A stretch of DNA of 64,000 bases from Bacteroidota bacterium (GTDB lineage: Bacteria; Bacteroidota; Rhodothermia; Rhodothermales; JBCCMF01), in NCBI GenBank assembly GCA_038747545.1, contig JBCDJT010000008.1, forward strand, positions 416-64,415. The letters run 5' to 3'. The translations under genes and the position numbers were made by a program. The notes beneath the pieces were generated by a model, which saw only the letters and a program-made list of their open reading frames with translations, did no database searches and was not told the origin of the DNA. Of the stretch, positions 51,943-61,093 are shown in pieces. The number at the start of each line of letters is the position of its first letter. The stretch's first letter is position 1.

Positions 51943-53061
51943 CTAATACGACGGAATCAGCGAGTTCAACAGCTCAACGTTCGTGGGGCGCTGCTGCATC
52001 TGGCGTAGGAGCGCCTGCATGGCCTCGATGGGATGGCGGCTGTTGAGCACCTGCATCAGCTTGTGCTGCTGGCGGACCATGTCGCCGAGCAGAAGCTCTT
52101 CGTTGCGCGTGCCGCTCTTGCGCAGGTTGATCGCCGGAAAGACACGCTTCTCGGCCATCTGACGGTCGAGCACGATCTCGGCGTTGCCCGTGCCTTTGAA
52201 CTCCTGGAAGATCACCTCGTCCATGCGGCTGCCGGTTTCGATGAGCGCCGTGGCGATGATGGTGAGCGAGCCGCCGCCTTCGATGTTGCGCGCCGCCCCA
52301 AACAGCCGACGCGGTATCTTGAGCGCGCCTGCGTCGATGCCGCCCGACATGGTGCGACCGCGCCCCTCGTAGTACAGGTTGAACGTGCGGCCAAGCCGCG
52401 TGAGTGAGTCGAGCAGGATTACCACGTCCTTCTTCATCTCGACGAGCCGCTTGGCGTGCTCCATAGCGAGCGTTGATACGCGCACATGATTGTCATCGTC
52501 CTGATCATTTGATGACGCGAAGACATGGGCTGCCGTAGTCCGCTTGAAGTCGGTCACCTCCTCCGGCCTCTCATCCACCAACAACCCCACGAGGGCTACC
52601 TCAGGATGATTCTGCGAGATGGCGGCGGCGATCTTCTTGATCAGGATGGTCTTGCCCGTGCGCGGCGGAGCGACAATGAGTGCCCGCTGCCCCTTGCCGA
52701 TCGGCACCACCAAGTCGACCACACGCATGGCATAATTCGATGGCCCGGTGACGAGGTTGAAGCGGTCGCGCGGGTAGATGATCTGCCCGTTCTCGAAGTT
52801 TCTGGTCTGTGACCACGCCTTCGGATGCAGGCCCATCACCTTGTCGAGCCGCTGCACCTGCATGTCCCCTTTGCGGCCAGGGCGCATCGTACCCTCGATG
52901 ACGACCCCGTCACGCAGCTTGAACTTCTGGATAAGTGGCGGCGGCATAAACGGGTCGCGGTCGCCTTTCGGACAGTCGGCGCGCAGTTCGCGGACGAAGC
53001 CGAATTTTTTACCCCCGATCATTTCGAGGATGCCAGTGATGGGTTCTTCTCGTCGAGCCAT
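51943..53061 (-). CDS. rho: Transcription termination factor Rho, short form
   Basis: PIGKGQRALIVAPPRTGKT, DERPEEVTD, LLDSLTRL, FGAARNIE, EFKGTGN, SGTRNEELL; only 372 aa. Confidence 0.93.
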   Translation of the reverse strand: MARREEPITGILEMIGGKKFGFVRELRADCPKGDRDPFMPPPLIQKFKLRDGVVIEGTMRPGRKGDMQVQRLDKVMGLHPKAWSQTRNFENGQIIYPRDRFNLVTGPSNYAMRVVDLVVPIGKGQRALIVAPPRTGKTILIKKIAAAISQNHPEVALVGLLVDERPEEVTDFKRTTAAHVFASSNDQDDDNHVRVSTLAMEHAKRLVEMKKDVVILLDSLTRLGRTFNLYYEGRGRTMSGGIDAGALKIPRRLFGAARNIEGGGSLTIIATALIETGSRMDEVIFQEFKGTGNAEIVLDRQMAEKRVFPAINLRKSGTRNEELLLGDMVRQQHKLMQVLNSRHPIEAMQALLRQMQQRPTNVELLNSLIPSY

Positions 53062-53310
53062 ACGGTACTAAATCGCAAATCAAATGGAGTCCGCAGCAGC
53101 GTGTGCAGACGGCGGGAGGACTACGGATTGGGAACGAGCCGGCACAGTGCAGCCAGCGGTGCTGGCGCTCTCCGCACTCAGAATGCGGCGGAAGAGGTGC
53201 GGCAATGGCCTCATAACTTGGCCGCGCGTTGCGACCACAGAATGGAGGAACGCGGCTCCAAAATGTGGGTTTCCGGGAGTGCTCTCACCACGTTGCCGAC
53301 ATGAGCCTGC

Positions 53311-54120
53311 ATGCCCCTCCCCTTCGATCTCAGCCGACTCCACGTAGAGGTCACAGGCCCTGAGGATGGCCCATCTGTGTTGATGGTGCATGGCTGGGGC
53401 AGCAGCGCCCGCCTCATGCACCCCTTGGCCGAGGCCCTGTCGGGCATGCTCCGCGTGTACAACATCGACCTCCCCGGCCATGGCCACACGCCACCGCCAC
53501 CCGAGCCCTGGGGCGTCCCCGAGTATGCCGATTTGATCCGGCGTTACATCGACACAGAGATCCAGCAGCCCGTACTCTGGGTCGGGCACTCGAATGGCGG
53601 ACGCATCGGCCTTTACATGGCAGGCGATGACCGGCTCAAGCGTGGCATTGAGCAGATGGCCCTCATCAGTCCCTCGGGGGTCAGGCCCGTGCGCACGTGG
53701 CACTATCATGCGCGCGTCGCCCTTGCCAAAGCGCTGAAGGCTCCGTTCCAGCTTATGCCGGGTCCCGCACGTGATGCGGGGCTCGACTGGTTGCGGCACT
53801 CGCTTGTCTGGTCATGGCTAGGCTCGTCCGACTACCAAGCGCTCGATGGGGTGATGCGTGCTACGTTTGTAAAGACGGTCAATCTGTTTGTCGAGGATCG
53901 GCTGCCTCGCATCTCAATCCCGGTCCTTCTGCTTTGGGGCGATGCCGACAGGGCCATATCGCGCCATCAGATGGATGTGCTCGCTGCTCAACTCCCTGAC
54001 GCTGGCCTGTTCGTGCTGGAGGGAGCGGGGCATTATGGGTACCTCGATGCGCTCGGCGCCGTTGCGGGAGGCATTCTTAGCTTTGCTGGCGCCGAAACCG
54101 CAGCGCCTGCGGCCGCTTAA
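53311..54120 (+). CDS. Alpha/beta fold hydrolase
   Basis: HGWG, DLPGHG, GHSNGG nucleophile, WGDAD, GAGH. Confidence 0.9.
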   Translation: MPLPFDLSRLHVEVTGPEDGPSVLMVHGWGSSARLMHPLAEALSGMLRVYNIDLPGHGHTPPPPEPWGVPEYADLIRRYIDTEIQQPVLWVGHSNGGRIGLYMAGDDRLKRGIEQMALISPSGVRPVRTWHYHARVALAKALKAPFQLMPGPARDAGLDWLRHSLVWSWLGSSDYQALDGVMRATFVKTVNLFVEDRLPRISIPVLLLWGDADRAISRHQMDVLAAQLPDAGLFVLEGAGHYGYLDALGAVAGGILSFAGAETAAPAAA

Positions 54121-54137
54121 CTCTCATCTTCCTGCCT

Positions 54138-55745
54138 GTGCTTGCCTTCCTTGCCCTACTAGCCACCCTCTTTGCTGCGCTTCGCGGTTGGCATCGGCTG
54201 CGTTACTTCCTCCATCTGTTTCAGTTGGAAGGCTACAAACCTGCCGAATACCGACAGTGGCTGAGTGCCCACACTGCGCAGATCTTCCGCCGTTCGCATG
54301 TGGTAGCGCTCGTTCTCGTCAGTGTAGGGTTCGCGTGGGCAAACGTGTCCTGGCTGCTGGCCCTTGTCTTGGTGGGCTGGTGCGTGGCGTTTGCGTCGTC
54401 GAAGCTGTACCTCTCGGCTCGACCAAAGAAGCCACTCAAGTACACCGCTCGGATGAAGCGGCTGGCCGCCACGAGCGGAGTCCTCGCACTGCTTCCCGTC
54501 GTCGCTGGCGTTGTCATCGGATGGGGTGCAGGCTGGCCTGGCCTGCTTCCTTACTACCTCGCTGGCTTGCTTCTGGCCGACTTTGGTGGTCCCCTTTGGG
54601 TACTGGGTGCCGCACTGCTCATGAAGCCCGTCGAAACCTCTATTCAGAACGGCTTCAAGCGGCAGGCACGTGCCACGCTGCAGCGCCGCACCGACCTCAC
54701 CGTGCTCGGCATCACCGGGTCGTATGGCAAGACCAGCGTTAAGTTTATAGTGGCTGAGATCCTGAAGCAGCGCTACAACGTGTTGGCTACGCCCGGCTCC
54801 TACAACACGCCGATGGGGATCTGCCTCGTCGTCAATACGATGCTGAAACCGGAGCACCAAATGCTCATTTTGGAGATGGGCATCCGCCACCCTGGCGATA
54901 TGCGCGAGTTGTGCGAGATCGCCCAACCGCAGGTCGGTATCGTCTCAAACATTGGGATTGCGCACCTTGAAACGATGGGTTCGCAGGAGAACATCGCGCA
55001 TGAGAAAGGGACGATGCTGGCGTACCTGCCCACCGATGGCGTGATGGTGCTCAACGAAGACGACGCTCATGTGGCGGGGATGGATGCGCGGGCACCTGGT
55101 CGGCAGGCATGGCGGGTATCGGTGGAGGGCGCGGCAGACGCCGCCATCACGGCGCGCGACATCAGGTATGGCCCCGAAGGCGCGCGCTTCATCGTGCGCG
55201 ACGAAACCGGGACTGAGCATCCGTTCCGCACCAAGCTGCTCGGCAAGCACAACGTCCAGAACATCTTGCTAGGCATTGCCGTGGGGCGGGCACTAGGGCT
55301 GCGGTTGCGGCAGATCGCGCACGCGGTGCAGCGCATCGAACCCGTGGCCCACCGCCTCGCGCTGCGCCAAGAGGGGCCGCTTACCGTAATCGACGACGCG
55401 TTCAACTCCAACCCTACCGGCGCCAAGAACGCAGTCGAGATCCTGGGTCAGTTCAAGGGTACCCGTGCCATCGTCACGCCAGGCATGGTCGAACTCGGCG
55501 AGCGCCACTACGCCGAGAACTTCGCCCTTGGCCAGCACATCGCCCGCCACGCCGACCTCGCCGTGCTCGTAGGCGAACAGCAAACCGCCCCCATCCAAGC
55601 TGGCCTCCGCGAGGCGGCGTATCCCGACGACCAGATCAAGATCTTCAACTCGCTCTTCGACGCCCGCGACTACGTAAACACCCACCTCCCGCCGGGCTCG
55701 GTGGTGCTATACGAAAACGACCTCCCGGATCAGTACGCCGAATAG
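54138..55745 (+). CDS. murF: MurF-like Mur ligase with N-terminal transmembrane domain
   Basis: About 165 hydrophobic N-terminal residues, then GITGSYGKTS, SYNTPMG, EMG, AHLE, DDAFNSNP, PGMVELG, ENDLPD. Confidence 0.85.
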   Translation: MLAFLALLATLFAALRGWHRLRYFLHLFQLEGYKPAEYRQWLSAHTAQIFRRSHVVALVLVSVGFAWANVSWLLALVLVGWCVAFASSKLYLSARPKKPLKYTARMKRLAATSGVLALLPVVAGVVIGWGAGWPGLLPYYLAGLLLADFGGPLWVLGAALLMKPVETSIQNGFKRQARATLQRRTDLTVLGITGSYGKTSVKFIVAEILKQRYNVLATPGSYNTPMGICLVVNTMLKPEHQMLILEMGIRHPGDMRELCEIAQPQVGIVSNIGIAHLETMGSQENIAHEKGTMLAYLPTDGVMVLNEDDAHVAGMDARAPGRQAWRVSVEGAADAAITARDIRYGPEGARFIVRDETGTEHPFRTKLLGKHNVQNILLGIAVGRALGLRLRQIAHAVQRIEPVAHRLALRQEGPLTVIDDAFNSNPTGAKNAVEILGQFKGTRAIVTPGMVELGERHYAENFALGQHIARHADLAVLVGEQQTAPIQAGLREAAYPDDQIKIFNSLFDARDYVNTHLPPGSVVLYENDLPDQYAE

Positions 55746-55779
55746 ACCGTTTCGGCGAGGCACACGTCTGAATACGATC

Positions 55780-56082
55780 ATGTCCAAAATCGATCATTAC
55801 ATCGAAGCGACCCCTGGCGTGCGGAGCGGCAAGCCGCGTATTGCTGGGCGGCGCATCACCGTGGCCGACGTTGCCGTTTGGCATGAGCGTCTGGGTATGA
55901 GTGCAGATGAGATTGCCTCGGCCTATGGGCTCACCCTGTCGGAGATTTACGCTGCACTGGCCTACTACTACGACCATCGCGCAGCCATCGATGCCTCGTT
56001 GGTCGCTAGCGACCAGTTTGCTGCAACACTGCGCGACCAAACCCCTTCTAAAGTCCACCGCATGCTGAAGCTCCATGGCTAA
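55780..56082 (+). CDS. DUF433 domain protein (putative antitoxin)
   Basis: PGVRSGKPRIAGRRITV...GMSADEIASAY.LTLSEIYAALAYY. Confidence 0.92.
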   Translation: MSKIDHYIEATPGVRSGKPRIAGRRITVADVAVWHERLGMSADEIASAYGLTLSEIYAALAYYYDHRAAIDASLVASDQFAATLRDQTPSKVHRMLKLHG

Positions 56083-56410
56083 GCCCATCGCTTTCTATAC
56101 CGATGAGCATATTCATGGGGCGATTATCGAGGCACTGAGACGGCGAGAGCATGACGTGCTCACGGCAAGCGAAGCTGACATGATTGGTGCTGAAGATGTG
56201 GCACATTTGCGGCGAGCCGCTGCAGAAAACCGGACGCTCATCACGCGAGATGACGACTTTCTCCGCCTCCATGCCCAAGGTATCCCTCATGCTGGCATTG
56301 TTTATGCGCACCAACAACGCGCTTCCATTGGCGATTTTGTACGCGGGCTCTTGATGATCGTCGATATTCTTTCGGGTGAGGACATGATTAACCACATCGA
56401 GTTCATCTGA
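56075..56410 (+). CDS. DUF5615 PIN-like protein (putative toxin)
   Basis: FYTDEHI, HDV, D..HL..A....R.LITRDDDF, HAGI; overlaps the DUF433 gene. Confidence 0.9.
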   Translation: MAKPIAFYTDEHIHGAIIEALRRREHDVLTASEADMIGAEDVAHLRRAAAENRTLITRDDDFLRLHAQGIPHAGIVYAHQQRASIGDFVRGLLMIVDILSGEDMINHIEFI

Positions 56411-56416
56411 TACTTT

Positions 56417-57136
56417 ATGCGCCTCCTCCTCATTCAAGCCCGCGACACGGCCGACATCGAACAGCAAGAGCAACAGTGCTTCCTGGACCGATGTCAGCTC
56501 ACGCCTGATCAGCTCGTGCTTCGCAACGTGGTGCGCGACCCCTTGGCGCTGAGCGATTTAGACCACGCCGATGTGATGATGATTGGCGGCTCGGCGGAAT
56601 ACTCCGCATGGAAAGATTACCCGTGGATGGAGGACCTGCTCGCCCTCGTCCGGGAGGCGGATCGCCGCAGCTACCCCACGTTCGGCTCGTGCTGGGGCCA
56701 TCAGATCATCGGGCGCGCCCTGGGCGGGCGTGTCGAATACGTACCCGAGCTCACCGAGATGGGTTGCCGCACCATTCACCTGAATGCCGCTGGATCAGCA
56801 GATCCGCTCTTCAGCACCTTGCCCGCCTCATTCAAGGCCAATGTGGGCCACCATGACCGCGTGACGGTCCTCCCTGCAGGCGCTATCGAGCTGGCCATCA
56901 GCGATAACCAAGGCCATCAGGCCTTCCGAATGGGCAACAAACCCATTTACGGCACGCAATTTCACAGCGAGCTGGATGCCGACACCGAGCGTGAACGGCT
57001 GCTCGCGTACCGCGCGTACTACACCGAGGTCGAGACGGAGGCCGACTTCCAGGCTATCCTCGACACACTCGCCCGCACCCCTGAAGTGGATGGTTTACTT
57101 GCTGAGTTCCTGCGGCTCTATGTCACCACTCCGTAA
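56417..57136 (+). CDS. Class I glutamine amidotransferase-like protein
   Basis: IGGS, GSCWGHQ (Cys), H.D.V..LP, QFHSE (His-x-Glu). Confidence 0.88.
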   Translation: MRLLLIQARDTADIEQQEQQCFLDRCQLTPDQLVLRNVVRDPLALSDLDHADVMMIGGSAEYSAWKDYPWMEDLLALVREADRRSYPTFGSCWGHQIIGRALGGRVEYVPELTEMGCRTIHLNAAGSADPLFSTLPASFKANVGHHDRVTVLPAGAIELAISDNQGHQAFRMGNKPIYGTQFHSELDADTERERLLAYRAYYTEVETEADFQAILDTLARTPEVDGLLAEFLRLYVTTP

Positions 57137-57246
57137 ACCAAGCGCGTTGCACATCGTAAACAGGCATTATGTAAGGGTTTTGCGTATTTTTACGTCAAGA
57201 CCCCTCTGACTATCCTGCGCGCCCTCCCCGCTGGGCGCCACTCCCT

Positions 57247-59646
57247 ATGCGCCGGAGGTACCCTATGAAGCCTGGGTTCGATACGTTTCTCTTTGACCGT
57301 GTGCTCAGCCTCGACCGGCTGGCCGACTACTGGAAGCAACTCGCTACCCAACAGGACGTGACTGCTGCACTAGCACGGTACGTGTCGAAGCAATGGGACG
57401 AGACCCCGGCGCTGCACGGCGCCATCCATGACCTTCCAGTCTTGGATACGCACCGCGACCTCATCAACCTGATGATGAGTGCAGTCTTTCCTTCGGCGCG
57501 GCTCGATGCCGTGCTCGCGTCGGCCAACCGTCCGTTTGCCATGGATCGTGTCTTCTGCACACCCGGTTTCGATCACCTGATTGAGGCGGCGCGGCAGATG
57601 TTCATCGATAACCCCGAGGAATTCCAACGCATGGCAGACCGCAAGGCCGTATCGGCCTACGCGTTCATTCTCTATGCGTTTTACCACGTCGACGCGGGCT
57701 TCGATTACCCGATCATCTACGCCAAGGTAGACGCGCAGACCGGTCTCCAAAATTATTACCGCTTCCAGCACGACGCGCGCTTCTGCTGGATCGAGCATGA
57801 GGGTGACCTGCCCACGCTGACCAAGGAGCAGATCCGAACGCTCCAGGAAAACCCTCTCGACCTTACGCTTTGGCAGACGTTTCTCCCGCCCGACAACTTC
57901 TCGTTTCACGGCTTCGCAGTCATCGAGGCTATTGATGTCACAGACCAAGAGGTGCTCTCGCGTCTTAAAAACGATCTGCTCGAACCCAATGCGATGACGA
58001 CGCCGGAACGCGTTGATCATCTGGAGGCCCGGTTGCGGACGCTGATGCAACATCCAGACCTCGACCTGGGCTTCCTGTGTCTCGAGAAGGAAGAAGTCGG
58101 GCAGCTCTCCAACGCGCACATCGTGGGGCGTAGCCTGCTGATGACAGGGAACGAGGCGCCCGTGTGCCCACGCATGCACGACTCGGCGTATGCCAAGGTC
58201 ATCCAGACGAAGGAGCCCGTCCTGCTTGCTGACTTGGCCGATGCGGGCTTTGACACTGCATATGAGCAGACGCTACGCGAGAAAGGGTACGAGAGCGTAC
58301 TCTTAGCGCCCTTGGTGTACAAGTCCAAGCTGATTGGCATTCTTGAGCTGGCCTCAGGCGAAGCGGGCAGCCTCGACGCCGTGAACACGCTGAAGCTGAT
58401 GGAGGTGATGACCCTCTTCGCCACTTCGCTCCAGCGCAGCCTCGACGAGGCCGAGGATCGCATCCAGGCCATCATCAAGCGGCAGTACACAGCGCTCCAC
58501 CCTTCGGTAGAGTGGCGCTTCCGCGAGGCGGCCCTGCGCTACATGATGGCGCGCGACCAGGGCGAAGCCGCGACGCTTGAACCGATCGTGTTTGACAACG
58601 TCTACCCGATCTACGGCCTTACCGACATCCGCCACTCCTCCGACACGCGCAACAGCGCCATTCTGGACGACCTGGTGGAGCAGTTGGCGTTGGCGTTAGC
58701 TGTGATCGTGGAAGCTAGCCTGATCCGTCCGCTGCCGATTCTCGACGAGCTGGGCTACCGCATTGGCACGTTTGCCCAAGAGCTTGAGCTGGGGCTGAAG
58801 ACGCAGGACGAGACGGCCAAGCTGGCCTTCCTGCGCGACGAGGTGGAGCCGCTCTTTGATCACTTGGCTAGCTTTGGCCCCTCCGTGGAGAGCCGTATTG
58901 CCGATTACCGCGCCGCCATCGACTCCGCACACGGCATGCTGTACAAGCGGCGGCGTGAGTTTGAGGAATCGGTCACGCAGATCAACGAGACTGTCGGTGC
59001 CTACTTGGATGCGCAGGAAGAGAAAGCGCAGGGCATGTTTCCGCACTTCTTCGAGAAGTACAAGACCGACGGCGTAGACCACAGCATCTACGTGGGCGCC
59101 TCCCTGCAGTCCGATGGGCAGTTCCACCCGATGTACCTGCGCAACCTGCGGCTCTGGCAGCTGATGATGATGTGCGGCACCGAGTGGGCCCTCCGCCGGA
59201 CCCGGCAGTCGCTGCCCGTAGCGCTAGACGTGACCCACCTCATCCTCGTCCACAGTTCGCCGCTGGCCATCCGGTTCCGGCAGGAAGAGAAGCAGTTTGA
59301 CGTGGACGGCGCGTACAACATCCGCTATGAGATCGTCAAGAAGCGCATCGACAAGGCGGTGATTAAATCGACGGGCGAGCGTCTTACCCAGCCCGGCACC
59401 ATCGCCATCGTGTACGCCCACGCCCACGAAGAGGCGGAGTACCGCGAGTACATTGCCTACCTGCAGGCATCGGGCTTTGCCGAGGAGGAGGTCGAGTCGT
59501 TTGCGTTGGAGGACATGCAGGGCGTCCACGGGCTGCGCGCGCTGCGGGTCACTATCCGCGAAGAGCTACACCATCAGGGCGATGGCCTAGCGAATGCTGA
59601 CGTTGACTTGGCCTCTGCTGTGCGGATGCTGAGCGCGGAGGCATAA
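57247..59646 (+). CDS. GAF-domain protein with a putative divergent class III nucleotidyl cyclase domain
   Basis: GAF-like core (EPVLLADL...GYESVLLAPLVYKSKLIGILELAS); cyclase-like motifs in the C-terminal half (see findings). Start may be 57265. Confidence 0.75.
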   Translation: MRRRYPMKPGFDTFLFDRVLSLDRLADYWKQLATQQDVTAALARYVSKQWDETPALHGAIHDLPVLDTHRDLINLMMSAVFPSARLDAVLASANRPFAMDRVFCTPGFDHLIEAARQMFIDNPEEFQRMADRKAVSAYAFILYAFYHVDAGFDYPIIYAKVDAQTGLQNYYRFQHDARFCWIEHEGDLPTLTKEQIRTLQENPLDLTLWQTFLPPDNFSFHGFAVIEAIDVTDQEVLSRLKNDLLEPNAMTTPERVDHLEARLRTLMQHPDLDLGFLCLEKEEVGQLSNAHIVGRSLLMTGNEAPVCPRMHDSAYAKVIQTKEPVLLADLADAGFDTAYEQTLREKGYESVLLAPLVYKSKLIGILELASGEAGSLDAVNTLKLMEVMTLFATSLQRSLDEAEDRIQAIIKRQYTALHPSVEWRFREAALRYMMARDQGEAATLEPIVFDNVYPIYGLTDIRHSSDTRNSAILDDLVEQLALALAVIVEASLIRPLPILDELGYRIGTFAQELELGLKTQDETAKLAFLRDEVEPLFDHLASFGPSVESRIADYRAAIDSAHGMLYKRRREFEESVTQINETVGAYLDAQEEKAQGMFPHFFEKYKTDGVDHSIYVGASLQSDGQFHPMYLRNLRLWQLMMMCGTEWALRRTRQSLPVALDVTHLILVHSSPLAIRFRQEEKQFDVDGAYNIRYEIVKKRIDKAVIKSTGERLTQPGTIAIVYAHAHEEAEYREYIAYLQASGFAEEEVESFALEDMQGVHGLRALRVTIREELHHQGDGLANADVDLASAVRMLSAEA

Positions 59647-59654
59647 CCCGCTGA

Positions 59655-61064
59655 TTACGCCTTCCAGGTCTCGTCGGTGAGGACGACTACGTCGTCACGG
59701 TCGAAGAGTACGGGGCCATTGTAGCGGCCATCTTGCGGGCCGTTCTCCAGCTTAAGCACCCCACGCGGGCACACCGCCGAGCATACCCCGCACCCGACAC
59801 ATGCGGCGCGGATGATATTCTGGCCACGCTGGGCATACCACCGCACGTCAATGCCCATCTCGCAGTACGTGGAGCAGTTGCCGCACGAGATGCACTGTCC
59901 GCCGTTGGTCGTGATGCGGAAGCGCGAGAAGAACCGCTGCTGCAAGCCCAAGACGGCCGCCATCGGGCACCCGAAGCGGCACCACACCCGGGAGCCCATG
60001 ATCGGGTAAAACCCGACGCCAACGACACCCGCGAAGATCAGCCCGATCAAGAAGCCGTACCACTTGCGGAACGGCTGCGAGATGCTGCCGAGGATGCTCC
60101 CCCCGGTCGCCGTGTCTATCCACAGCAGGATTGTGCCTAGCACCGTGGCGGCGAGCACACCGTGGATCAGCCACCGCTCTACCTGCCACGCCTTGAGCGA
60201 CTTGTCGGAGAGGTGGCGGTAGGGATCGCCGGCCGTTTCGGCGAGGCCGCCGCAGCCGCACACCCACGAGCAGTACCAGCGCTTGCCGAAGAAGTACGTC
60301 AGGATGGGCGTGCCCACGAAGAACATAAGCGCACCGAACACGATCATGTATGTGAGCAGCCAGTTGTCGGCGCCCGGCCACAGGTACTCGTACTTGAGCG
60401 GCCAGAAGTAGTGGAAGTAGAACTCAGGCTGGTTCAGCATCACCAGCCCGTACGGGATCAGGTACGCGAAGACCAGCTGGAAGAACATGACCGAGATCGT
60501 GCGGATGATCTGGTACGTTACGTGGCGGTATTTGTAGATCGCCCGTACGCCCATGACCAGCACGGCAATGGTGTAGAAGGTGCCGTACAGCACCCAGCGG
60601 CGTGCATCCACCCCCTCGGGATAGCCGATGAAGTCCGAGATCGGGTCGACGATGGCGACGAGGTGCGTCAGCGTGGCCGGAAACCAGTACATCAGCACGT
60701 AAAACCCAGTGAACACGATGCCGAGCACCCAGCCGAGCGCGCCCTTGGCGGTGGCGGTGCCCATCCAGAGGCCGTCGTTGTTGATGCCTTCGGGCTTGGT
60801 CAGAAACTTACGGAAGTACAGCAGCGCGCCCACCGACATGGTGCCTACGCCGCCTACCAGAAACGCAGCCGGATACACGCTTCCAGCCCCAAAGAGCGCC
60901 ACGATCAGTGCGAGCGTGCCAAGGCCCACCAGCGCAAGCCCTGTCTGCTCGATAGTGTCTAGATTGGTCGTTGGTGCGCTCAGCGATAGGCTGATGTCAG
61001 GTGTTTGGCTTACACCGACGTTAGGCGAGCGCAGCCGTACCGATTTCAGGTAGTCTAACAGCAT
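59655..61064 (-). CDS. Membrane-bound polyferredoxin (NapH/MauN/YccM-like 4Fe-4S protein)
   Basis: Multiple TM helices; CSWVCGCG, CRFGCP, CISCGNCSTYC, CVGCGVCSAVCP. Confidence 0.88.
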   Translation of the reverse strand: MLLDYLKSVRLRSPNVGVSQTPDISLSLSAPTTNLDTIEQTGLALVGLGTLALIVALFGAGSVYPAAFLVGGVGTMSVGALLYFRKFLTKPEGINNDGLWMGTATAKGALGWVLGIVFTGFYVLMYWFPATLTHLVAIVDPISDFIGYPEGVDARRWVLYGTFYTIAVLVMGVRAIYKYRHVTYQIIRTISVMFFQLVFAYLIPYGLVMLNQPEFYFHYFWPLKYEYLWPGADNWLLTYMIVFGALMFFVGTPILTYFFGKRWYCSWVCGCGGLAETAGDPYRHLSDKSLKAWQVERWLIHGVLAATVLGTILLWIDTATGGSILGSISQPFRKWYGFLIGLIFAGVVGVGFYPIMGSRVWCRFGCPMAAVLGLQQRFFSRFRITTNGGQCISCGNCSTYCEMGIDVRWYAQRGQNIIRAACVGCGVCSAVCPRGVLKLENGPQDGRYNGPVLFDRDDVVVLTDETWKA

Positions 61065-61093
61065 GCAAAAAAGGTGGTTTAACTAGGATCGGG

